Below are positions 44,912 to 52,613 of a DNA stretch of 64,000 nucleotides, piece after piece. Origin of the DNA: Candidatus Sulfotelmatobacter sp. GTDB lineage: Bacteria; Acidobacteriota; Terriglobia; Terriglobales; Acidobacteriaceae. The stretch lies in assembly GCA_035279505.1 (NCBI GenBank), contig DATEHP010000075.1:1071-65070 (forward strand). The letters are read 5' to 3'. The number at the start of each line of letters is the position of its first letter. The first letter of the stretch is position 1. The position numbers were made by a program, and so were the translations under genes. The notes beneath the pieces are model-generated. The model worked only from the letters and a program-made list of their open reading frames with translations, searched no databases and had not been told where the DNA came from.

Positions 44912-46576
44912 ATGCCCAGCGGAAAACTGCAAGTCATCCCTCTCGGCGGCCTTGGCGAGTTCGGCATGAACTGCATGGCCGTGCGCTGGGGCGATGACAT
45001 CATCGTCATCGACGGCGGACTCATGTTCCCCGAAGCCGAACTCCTCGGCGTCGACATCGTTGTTCCCGACATTTCGTATCTGACCGAGAATCGCCAGCGC
45101 GTGCGCGGCATCATCCTGACGCACGGACACGAAGACCACATCGGCGCCCTCCCCTGGATTCTCTCCGAACTCAAAGTACCGGTCTGGGGCACGGAATTTA
45201 CACTCGCCTACGTCGAAGATAAACTCGACGAGCACGGCTTGCTCGACGACGCCGACTTGCGGGAGATGCGCCCCAACGAGCGCTTCAAGGCCGGAGCCTT
45301 CACCGTCCATCCGATCCGCGTTACGCACAGCCTCGTCGACTGCGTTGCGCTCGCCATCCATTGCCCGCTTGGCGTCATCATCCACACCGGCGATTTCAAA
45401 GTCGATCCCACGCCCACCGACAACAAACTTTTCGACCTGCATACCTTCGCCGAATACGGTAAAGAGGGCGTGCTCGCGCTCTTTCAGGACTCCACCAACG
45501 TCGAGCGCAAGGGATACACGCCCAGCGAGCGCGCCGTCCGCCGCAAATTCGACGAAGTTTTCGCGCACACCAAACGCCGCCTGTTCATCTCCTGCTTTTC
45601 CAGTTCGATTCACCGCATCAACCTCGCCGTCGAACTTGCCCACGAGCACGGACGCAAAGTCGCGTTCATCGGCCGCTCCATGAACAATTCAGCCGAGATT
45701 GCCGAGGATCTCGGCTATATCGAAATGCCCGAAGGGCTGGTAATCAATCCCGGCGAGATGAAGAATTTCCCGCCCGAGAAAGTCTGCGTACTGATCAGCG
45801 GCACGCAAGGCGAGCCCATGTCAGCCCTCAGCCGCGCGGCAGTCGATAATCACAAGCATGCCAAAATCGAAAAGGGAGACACGGTCGTCCTCTCGAGCCG
45901 CATCATCCCCGGCAACGAAAAAACGATCTACCGGATGATCGATCACCTCTTCCGACGCGAAGCCCACGTTATTTACGAAGACGGCACCAGCCCGCCGGTC
46001 CACGTCTCAGGCCACGGCAGCCAGGAAGAGCTCAAGCTCATCATCAACCTGGTCAAGCCGCGCTACTTCATCCCCGTCCACGGCGAGTACCGCCAACTGA
46101 AATTGCACGCGGAAATGGCCGCCGCCATGCGCGGATCGGTCGGCAAAGTCATGCTGATCGAAAGCGGAGACGTTCTCGAATTCGACGAACTCGGCGCCCG
46201 CAAAACCGGCAAGGTCAACGTGGGTCGCGTCTGCATCGATTCCGGCAACCGCACCGACGTCGTCGAGGACCTGATCATCAAAGACCGCCGCCACCTCAGC
46301 GAAGACGGCATTGTGCTGCCCATCATCGCCATCAACAAGCTGTCAGGAAAAGTTGAGACCACCCCAGAGATTGTCACTCGCGGCTTCAATGTGGGCGAAG
46401 ACGGATTCATGGACGGCGCCAAGCGCATCGTCGAAGACACGCTGGAGTTCTCGAGTGAAGAAGAAAAAGCCGACTACGGCGTAATCAAAGAAAAAATCCG
46501 CGCCGACCTCAAGCGCTACATCAGCAAGCAAAGCCAAAAGCGCCCGCTAATCATGCCCGTGATCCTGGAAATCTAA
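44912..46576 (+). CDS. rnj: ribonuclease J
   Basis: LQVIPLGGLGEFGMNCMAV and THGHEDHIGALPW (metallo-beta-lactamase HxHxDH), followed by beta-CASP and C-terminal domains. The product is 554 aa. Confidence 0.9.
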   Translation: MPSGKLQVIPLGGLGEFGMNCMAVRWGDDIIVIDGGLMFPEAELLGVDIVVPDISYLTENRQRVRGIILTHGHEDHIGALPWILSELKVPVWGTEFTLAYVEDKLDEHGLLDDADLREMRPNERFKAGAFTVHPIRVTHSLVDCVALAIHCPLGVIIHTGDFKVDPTPTDNKLFDLHTFAEYGKEGVLALFQDSTNVERKGYTPSERAVRRKFDEVFAHTKRRLFISCFSSSIHRINLAVELAHEHGRKVAFIGRSMNNSAEIAEDLGYIEMPEGLVINPGEMKNFPPEKVCVLISGTQGEPMSALSRAAVDNHKHAKIEKGDTVVLSSRIIPGNEKTIYRMIDHLFRREAHVIYEDGTSPPVHVSGHGSQEELKLIINLVKPRYFIPVHGEYRQLKLHAEMAAAMRGSVGKVMLIESGDVLEFDELGARKTGKVNVGRVCIDSGNRTDVVEDLIIKDRRHLSEDGIVLPIIAINKLSGKVETTPEIVTRGFNVGEDGFMDGAKRIVEDTLEFSSEEEKADYGVIKEKIRADLKRYISKQSQKRPLIMPVILEI

Positions 46577-46617
46577 GAGTTCGCCCCGAGGGAAAGCCGC
46601 CTTCGGCGGTCTAGCGC

Positions 46618-46670
46618 CATGTAGGGACAGCCGCCTCGGCTGTCCAGCGAAGGCGAATCCGAGCGCAAGC
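46618..46670. repeat. REP-like family B copy
   Basis: CATGTAGGGACAGCCGCCTCGGCTGTCCAGCGAAGGCGAATCCGAGCGCAAGC. Confidence 0.85.
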
Positions 46671-46685
46671 AGTAAATTTACAGCT

Positions 46686-46747
46686 GTCATCCTGAGCGAA
46701 GCATTTGCGCGAGCAGAGCGAGCACAAATGCGCAGTCGAAGGATCCC
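46686..46747. repeat. REP-like family A copy with internal hairpin
   Basis: GTCATCCTGAGCGAAGCATTTGCGCGAGCAGAGCGAGCACAAATGCGCAGTCGAAGGATCCC. Confidence 0.8.
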
Positions 46748-46782
46748 TACGATCTGAACGGCCGCAGGAACCGCGCGCACCC

Positions 46783-47361
46783 CTACCGCGGCCGTGTCCC
46801 GAACCCCGCTTCCTTCCACAACCGGTCCCACTGCCAAATCCCCGGATACTGCGGCAACCGAAATCCCAACTGGTGCGCCAGCATCAATATCTGCCCCCGA
46901 TGATGCGCCTCGTGCGCAAACATGTAGGCGAACATCGTCCCTCCCGCAGGCCACGTCCGGGTCCAACTGCCGCGCCAGAATTTCGTCACACGCCTCTTCG
47001 CGTCACCCGCCAAGGCATCCGTAAGCATGCGTACGCACTGCGTTGCGCTCTTCTTATGCGCGGCAGCGGCCTGCGCAATAGTGCACCGCGCCGGATCCAG
47101 CGGTGCCGGACATCTCAAATGGGCCGCCGAACCCTTCAGCCATACCAAACGACAGTTATGCAGATGCGCAAAGATCGCCGCAATCGTCCGTCCGCCCAGT
47201 CCCCTTCCGGGCAATTCCGCCCGCCAGGCCCGCGGATTAAGATTCGCCAACAACCACTGGTTCATCGCATCGTTGACCGAGTATGTCTCGATCAGCACTG
47301 TCGCAAGATCAGCCGGAGAATCACTCCCGATGCTGTAAGCACGCGCCTTTGATCGCGCCAT
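46783..47361 (-). CDS. DinB-family (DinB_2-like) metal-dependent protein
   Basis: Inner ATG (MARSKARAY). IAAIFAHLHNCR and FAHEAHHRGQILMLAHQLG are His-triad motifs typical of DinB-fold proteins. Confidence 0.7.
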   Translation of the reverse strand: MARSKARAYSIGSDSPADLATVLIETYSVNDAMNQWLLANLNPRAWRAELPGRGLGGRTIAAIFAHLHNCRLVWLKGSAAHLRCPAPLDPARCTIAQAAAAHKKSATQCVRMLTDALAGDAKRRVTKFWRGSWTRTWPAGGTMFAYMFAHEAHHRGQILMLAHQLGFRLPQYPGIWQWDRLWKEAGFGTRPR

Positions 47362-47476
47362 CAGATCCCCTCCATGCCGGTCCCGGAGGGACCGCTGATA
47401 GTAGCCCGCCACTTCCAGTGGCGGGAAACCCGCCCTTAACGATACCCTGTGCCGTAGGCACAACTGAATATCTCAG

Positions 47477-47854
47477 ATGAAGCTTGAATTCTTATCGGAA
47501 GGTTCTCCGGACTGTCCGCTGATTCGGCTGTACTCGTTTACGCGTTCAGAGGTACTGCACCTCAAGTACATCGCCGATCAACTCTCCACAGGCAAATTAC
47601 AGGAGATCGCCCTACACAACGAGCCCGGAATTGAATCCGTTGACGATTGTCGCGTTTCCCTCAGGCTTGATAAGTGCGATACGGGCATAACTCAAGCCGC
47701 GCCTAGGCGGTTCGTGTGCACTCTGTCGGATGAAGGATGGCTCGATGTGTCAACATTCCTCAAACCTTTTTGCGAAACTGACACCACAGGCTTTCAATGG
47801 CTTGTTGACGAAGGACCAATCTCGCTTTTGATCTCTGTTAAAGGTACATGGTAA
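47477..47854 (+). CDS. hypothetical protein (125 aa), no recognisable family
   Basis: A clean ORF with an ATG start, AT-richer than its neighbours by eye. No TM or signal peptide. Confidence 0.45.
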   Translation: MKLEFLSEGSPDCPLIRLYSFTRSEVLHLKYIADQLSTGKLQEIALHNEPGIESVDDCRVSLRLDKCDTGITQAAPRRFVCTLSDEGWLDVSTFLKPFCETDTTGFQWLVDEGPISLLISVKGTW

Positions 47855-47866
47855 GCACTCATCGTT

Positions 47867-48877
47867 ATGATCACCCTCTCCGACCTGCACTCCGCCCAAT
47901 CGCGCCTCAAAGGCGTGACCGTCCACACAAATCTCATAGAGTTTCCCGAAAACATGTGGGGACGGCCGCCGCAGCCTGCCCTGAGCGGAGTCGAAGGGGC
48001 TGTCCGGCGCGGCACGCGCCTCCTGCTGAAACCCGAGAACCAGCAACCCATCGGCGCCTTCAAACTCCGCGGCGCCTACAACAAGATCGCGTCCCTCTCG
48101 GAAGCCGAGCGCCAACGCGGCGTCATCTCCTACTCCAGCGGCAACCACGCGCAAGGCGTCGCCTACGCCGCTCGCGCGCTCAACGTGAAATCCGTAATCG
48201 TCATGCCGAACAATGCCCCGCAGATCAAACGCGAGGCCACTGCGAAGCTCGGCGCCGAAATCGTGCTGGTCGGTCCGGGCTCCGACGAGCGCAAAACGAA
48301 AGCCGAAGAACTGGCCGCACATCACGGCTACGCTATCGTTCCCCCCTACAACGACGAAAAAATCATCGCCGGACAAGGCACTATCGGCCTGGAAATCCTC
48401 GAAGACTTGCCCGCCGTCGAAACCGTCCTCTCCCCCGTCGGCGGCGGGGGCCTGATCTCCGGCGTTGCCGCCGCCATCAAGCTGTCGAATCCGAAAGTCA
48501 AAGTCATCGGCGTCGAACCTGAACTGGCGGCCGACGCCCAAGCCAGCCTGCGTCAAGGCAAGATCGTCCAGTTTCCTGCCGAGCAAGTCTCCCGCACCAT
48601 CGCTGACGGACTCCGCACCCAAAGCATCGGCTCCATCAATTTCGAGCACATCCGCGCCTACGTCGACGACATCATTACTGTCACCGAGGACGAAATCCGT
48701 CAGGCCATGAAATATCTAAGCGCGAATCCCGCCACCGTGGCCGAACCCAGCGGCGCCGTCGCCACCGCCGGCTTCATCTTCCACGCCCAAGAACTCCCGC
48801 AGACGAAGCTCAATGTCGCGATCATCTCAGGGGGCAACATCGAGCCAGAAATGCTGCAAGAACTCAGTCGTTCCTAG
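47867..48877 (+). CDS. threonine dehydratase / serine-racemase-family PLP enzyme (Trp-synthase beta fold)
   Basis: IGAFKLRGAYNK (PLP Lys), SSGNHAQGVAYAA, PPYNDEKIIAGQGTIGLEI, SPVGGGGLISG and EPSGAVA. The product is 336 aa. It has an extra segment near residues 30-47 (see finding). Confidence 0.85.
   Translation: MITLSDLHSAQSRLKGVTVHTNLIEFPENMWGRPPQPALSGVEGAVRRGTRLLLKPENQQPIGAFKLRGAYNKIASLSEAERQRGVISYSSGNHAQGVAYAARALNVKSVIVMPNNAPQIKREATAKLGAEIVLVGPGSDERKTKAEELAAHHGYAIVPPYNDEKIIAGQGTIGLEILEDLPAVETVLSPVGGGGLISGVAAAIKLSNPKVKVIGVEPELAADAQASLRQGKIVQFPAEQVSRTIADGLRTQSIGSINFEHIRAYVDDIITVTEDEIRQAMKYLSANPATVAEPSGAVATAGFIFHAQELPQTKLNVAIISGGNIEPEMLQELSRS
47957..48010. repeat. REP-like sequence (family B stem + family A CCTGAGCGGAGTCGAAGG core) embedded in frame in the PLP-enzyme gene
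   Basis: GGGGACGGCCGCCGCAGCCTGCCCTGAGCGGAGTCGAAGGGGCTGTCCGGCGC. CCTGAGCGGAGTCG is shared with 34700-34713, and the GGGGAC...GGCTGTCC frame matches family B. Confidence 0.6.
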
Positions 48878-48902
48878 GCAGCCCCTGTGGGTGCAGAGCA
48901 AA

Positions 48903-48947
48903 GTGGGGACAGCCGCCATCGGCTGTCCGCCGCGCGCAAGCCCGGCC
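48903..48947. repeat. REP-like family B copy
   Basis: GTGGGGACAGCCGCCATCGGCTGTCCGCCGCGCGCAAGCCCGGCC. Confidence 0.75.
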
Positions 48948-49046
48948 GCCTTTTCGTATTCCCTAAGCACTGCATCGTGAATACAACCAAAACTGTCACC
49001 CTCGGACTCCCTATAGTTAAAAATAGGCTGTCCGAAAGGAATCCCT

Positions 49047-49370
49047 TTGAAACTGCTCCAACTCACCGCTGCAATCCTCCTCTCAGTCACATTTGCTGCC
49101 TATGCTCAGGAGGCGAAGCCTGAGGGCTCTCTGACAGCCAATCCCGTTTATGAGAAGGACTGCGCCAAGTGCCACGGCAAAAACGCCGAAGGACGATTCA
49201 TGGCTGGCCCATCACTGGTTTCAGGAAAGGCCACCGCCATGTCGGCCGACGAGCTTCGCAACATCATCACCAACGGCAAGCACCATATGCCGAAGTTCGG
49301 AGAAAAGCTCTCGTCGGCTGAGATCGGGTTACTGGTCGATCAGATCGAAGCCCAAGACAAGAAGAAGTAA
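49047..49370 (+). CDS. class I c-type cytochrome
   Basis: Signal MKLLQLTAAILLSVTFAAYAQ, haem motif CAKCHG and a distal Met context (GKHHMPKFG). Confidence 0.8.
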   Translation: MKLLQLTAAILLSVTFAAYAQEAKPEGSLTANPVYEKDCAKCHGKNAEGRFMAGPSLVSGKATAMSADELRNIITNGKHHMPKFGEKLSSAEIGLLVDQIEAQDKKK

Positions 49371-49511
49371 GAGGCTCTGCGTCCTCAAAGTCCCCGTATG
49401 TATTAATTTGGCTGACTGTGACATCTAACCTTGACTTCAAGCTTTAAACCCGCCATCCTTAGTCCTTACCGAGGTTGCCAGATGCGGGAGAGCGGCGCCA
49501 ACTCTCTTGTT

Positions 49512-49611
49512 TTGAAGATTTTGCCCGCAATTCGTTGCGGCTCTAGGATTTTTTCGGCGTTTTCCCGTAACACTATGATTCCAATAGACCAAGGGGGAGG
49601 GGGGATACCCC
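49512..49611 (+). repeat. about 100-nt repeat, copy 1 (core ATGATTCCAATAGACC + G-rich tail)
   Basis: It aligns at roughly 70 percent by eye with the reverse complement of 61747-61845, including an exact 16-mer ATGATTCCAATAGACC and AAGATTTTGCC. Confidence 0.65.
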
Positions 49612-50594
49612 TCTCAACACCCCGATTCCTATTTCGGGAACTCGCAATTCTCGCCCTAGCCGTGCTTTTTTCCACAAGCGCAGCTTTCGCCCAAGCGCAG
49701 CGCGGAACCCTGGTTCACGAAGAGACCATTCGCGTTTCTCCCAGTTCCGAAACCGCCAAACTCGGCACTGCAGCACGTGGCCACGAACTCATTATCATCG
49801 AAAGCAACCACGACTGGACGCACGTTGAAGCGATCCTGCGCGAACCCAGCAAAGACGAGAGCGATGACGACGAGGAATCCCAGGGCAAGACCATTACTGG
49901 ATGGGTTCTGACCAAAGCTCTCGTTGGCCAAAACACTCCCAATGGCGACAGGATCATCTTCGGCGAGGCCGCCAATTCCGAAGATGAGGCCAGCCGCCGC
50001 CGCGGGCGCCGCGACGCCGCCCAGGACGCAATGCGTCTCTACTACCGCGTCTACGATCTGTTTCCCACATCCCCTCTCGCCGCCGAAGGCCTGTATCGCG
50101 CCGCCGACATTCGCTGGCAGATGGATCGCAATGATGTGATGACGCGCCCCTCGGCCCGCGAGCGTGACGCCTACATGCGCGGCCAGATCGATGAGCAGTG
50201 GATGAAGCTGGTGATCAAGAAATTTTCCGGCACAAAATGGGCCGACCTCGCCGCCTTCCACCTGCTCGAGAACAAACTTTGCGGTGATTGGCAGGCCGCG
50301 GCGAAGTGTCCGGAAAAAGAAGCCGATATGTACGAGAAGTACGCCAAAGAGCACGAACAGTCCTCCGCTGCTCCCGAGGCTCTCTATTTCGCAGCCTGGC
50401 GTCATTCGGCGTTGATCGAAATTTATAAAACAGAGGCGAATCAGAAAAAGTCAGAAGCTGCGAAGAGCCGCGCACTCGATCTCGCGCAGCGAATCATCAA
50501 CCAGTATGCACAGAGTGAATGGGCTCTGCGCGCGCAGACACTCGTCTACTACGTTCAGCAGGGCGTCCCAACGTACGGTAACGCAGGCGATTAA
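49575..50594 (+). CDS. secreted hypothetical protein (SH3-like N-domain and helical-repeat C-part suspected)
   Basis: The only in-frame ATG upstream of the hydrophobic signal-like segment ELAILALAVLFSTSAAFAQA is 49575, which lies inside the repeat. No family recognised with confidence. Confidence 0.5.
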   Translation: MIPIDQGGGGIPLSTPRFLFRELAILALAVLFSTSAAFAQAQRGTLVHEETIRVSPSSETAKLGTAARGHELIIIESNHDWTHVEAILREPSKDESDDDEESQGKTITGWVLTKALVGQNTPNGDRIIFGEAANSEDEASRRRGRRDAAQDAMRLYYRVYDLFPTSPLAAEGLYRAADIRWQMDRNDVMTRPSARERDAYMRGQIDEQWMKLVIKKFSGTKWADLAAFHLLENKLCGDWQAAAKCPEKEADMYEKYAKEHEQSSAAPEALYFAAWRHSALIEIYKTEANQKKSEAAKSRALDLAQRIINQYAQSEWALRAQTLVYYVQQGVPTYGNAGD

Positions 50595-50598
50595 TCAC

Positions 50599-50889
50599 AT
50601 GAACGCAATCGGGCGTCACTTCACTGCAGCCATGTTCGGATTCGCGATTACCGCAACCTTCGTTTCCTACCAACTGCTCACCGATTCGCAATCTCCCATC
50701 CAGCGAGACTCCGCGTTGATGATTGTGTTCGTAATACTATGCCCTCCATCCCTGCTGTCCATCGCCTCCAATCCAGAAGTCGGCACGAACAATTATTACT
50801 TTCTGTGGACCGTGATTGCTCTCCTGAATGCAGGACTCTACGCCACCGTCCGTGCCCTCTTCGGCAGGCGCCTGCAGCGCCCCGATTAA
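50599..50889 (+). CDS. small membrane protein (about 96 aa, 3 hydrophobic segments)
   Basis: The inner ATG comes just after the stop of the upstream gene. Hydrophobic segments are FTAAMFGFAITATFVSYQLL, ALMIVFVILCPPSLLSIA and YFLWTVIALLNAGLYATV. Confidence 0.45.
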   Translation: MNAIGRHFTAAMFGFAITATFVSYQLLTDSQSPIQRDSALMIVFVILCPPSLLSIASNPEVGTNNYYFLWTVIALLNAGLYATVRALFGRRLQRPD

Positions 50890-50954
50890 CGCTCATTCAT
50901 CTCTTCATCAGACATTTCTGAGATACTAGCTTTCCGATTTTTCCGGGAGGAAGA

Positions 50955-51842
50955 TTGCACGATTACCTGCTCTCACTGATTCTGGGTGTAGTGGAAGGTC
51001 TAACTGAGTTCCTGCCCGTAAGTTCCACGGCGCATTTGCGGCTCTCCGAAGCACTGTTGCATATCAATCTGTCCGATGGTTATTGGAAGATGTACTCCAT
51101 CGTCATCCAGTTGGGCGCGATTCTGTGCCTGCCTGTGTACTTCTGGAGCCGCATTAAGAAGTTCCTGTCGACCTTTCCGCGCGGCGAGAGCGGAAACCGC
51201 ACCATTCTTACCCATCCTCTTACCTTGACGATGATCGCTTTCGTCGTTACTGCAATTCCGTCGTTCCTGCTGACCAAGGTGATTGGCAAGCATCTGGAAA
51301 ACATCGTCATCATCGGATGGTCGCTGCTGATCGGTGGAGTCGTAATGTGGATCGTAGACGCCATGCACGCCAAGGCCGAAGCCGCCGGCCCGAACGGCAA
51401 CAGCCAGATTCGCACCTGGAAGATGGAAGACATGAGCCTCGGTCAGTCGATCTGGATCGGACTCTGCCAGATTCTTTCAGCGGTGTTCCCCGGAACTTCA
51501 CGCTCTATGTCGACCATTGCCGCAGGACAACTTGCCGGCATGTCGCGCGCGGCCGCGCTCGAGTTCTCCTTCTTCGTCTCCATTCCCACCATGGCCGCAG
51601 CGACCCTCTACACGCTGTACAAGTCGATTCGGGGCAAGGGGGAAAATCCAATCGGCGTCGCGCAGATCGATGCGCATGGTTGGATCGTGCTCGCGATCGG
51701 ATTCATCGTCTCCTTCATCGTCGCCTATGCCTCGGTCGCCTGGTTCATGGCCTACGTCCGCAAGCGCGGATTCGTTCCGTTTGCGGTTTATCGCATCATC
51801 GTCGGAGTGCTTGTGCTGATGTTCGCAGCGAAGCTCGCGTAA
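50955..51842 (+). CDS. uppP: undecaprenyl-diphosphate phosphatase
   Basis: VVEGLTEFLPVSSTAHL and PGTSRSMSTI are BacA/UppP signature motifs. The start is TTG. Confidence 0.9.
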   Translation: MHDYLLSLILGVVEGLTEFLPVSSTAHLRLSEALLHINLSDGYWKMYSIVIQLGAILCLPVYFWSRIKKFLSTFPRGESGNRTILTHPLTLTMIAFVVTAIPSFLLTKVIGKHLENIVIIGWSLLIGGVVMWIVDAMHAKAEAAGPNGNSQIRTWKMEDMSLGQSIWIGLCQILSAVFPGTSRSMSTIAAGQLAGMSRAAALEFSFFVSIPTMAAATLYTLYKSIRGKGENPIGVAQIDAHGWIVLAIGFIVSFIVAYASVAWFMAYVRKRGFVPFAVYRIIVGVLVLMFAAKLA

Positions 51843-51870
51843 ATGGCAGCAAATAGCCCTTAGCGTGAAG

Positions 51871-52338
51871 TTAACCAGGCCCCTGCTGGGCAAAGTTGCG
51901 GATCAATTCTGCCGTATCAGGGAGCATGCCTAGCTGTTGAAAGAAGCCGAGCGATTCGACTAACACCCAGTCCTCTGCAATCTTGCTGTTTGCAATCCGG
52001 TGTATTGTGATCATCCGGATGTGCAATCTTTTGCCGGTCGGCGAAATTCCCATCCACGTCCCCTGATGCGTGCCTTCCATGACTAAATGGCTCACAACGC
52101 GGTCTCGCTCTGCGATCATCTGCTCTATATTGAAACGCAAGTCGGGAAAGCTCATGAGCCAATCCGATACGTGGTCCTTCATTGCCTGAGGCCCACGAAG
52201 GGCAGGTTGAGCTGAGACGCCAGAACGAAGCTGATGGGTCACGCAATCCTCAGAAAAGATCTCGTCCGCAACCTCGAGTCTACGGGAGTTCCACAATTCC
52301 TCAACAAATCTTTGGATGATGTGTTTTGCTGGATCCAT
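51871..52338 (-). CDS. SnoaL-like / ester-cyclase-family protein
   Basis: IIQRFVEELWNSRRLEVADEIFSEDCVTHQ ... GTHQGTWMGISPTGKR is typical of the SnoaL-type NTF2 fold. Confidence 0.7.
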   Translation of the reverse strand: MDPAKHIIQRFVEELWNSRRLEVADEIFSEDCVTHQLRSGVSAQPALRGPQAMKDHVSDWLMSFPDLRFNIEQMIAERDRVVSHLVMEGTHQGTWMGISPTGKRLHIRMITIHRIANSKIAEDWVLVESLGFFQQLGMLPDTAELIRNFAQQGPG

Positions 52339-52383
52339 TCGCAGGCTCCTTATTCGAATTCCAATTTTTGCAGCGCTGCCAAG

Positions 52384-52488
52384 GCATTAGCGCTTCGCAC
52401 GTAGCACTTGGCATTCAGCCAGCCATGGCTAGTGCCGCGGTCAGGAACCTCGAATGGCTAAACGCTAACTGCTAAGTGTTAATTGCTA
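52384..52488. repeat. heptamer-periodic inverted repeat (NNNTTAG / NNNGCTA arms) upstream of ftsK
   Basis: In a 7-nt register: GCATTAG CGCTTCG CACGTAG CACTTGG CATTCAG ... ATGGCTA AACGCTA ACTGCTA AGTGTTA ATTGCTA. TAGCGCT/TAGCACT on the left is complementary to AACGCTA/AGTGTTA on the right. Confidence 0.65.
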
Positions 52489-52613
52489 TTCGAGATAACC
52501 ACATCAGCACCGCCCAAATTCCCGATTGTAGGAACCTGCACTTCTTGGCATAATAGTTTCGCTCTGGCCGATTACGGCGCCGAAGGAGTATTTTCGGCGA
52601 TGAATCAGCCTAA

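Noticed and set aside
34696-48947. Possible CRISPR array formed by the recurring 45-60-nt repeats
   Set aside because: The copies are kilobases apart, separated by housekeeping genes, belong to several families and are imperfect. There is no regular repeat-spacer periodicity and no cas genes.
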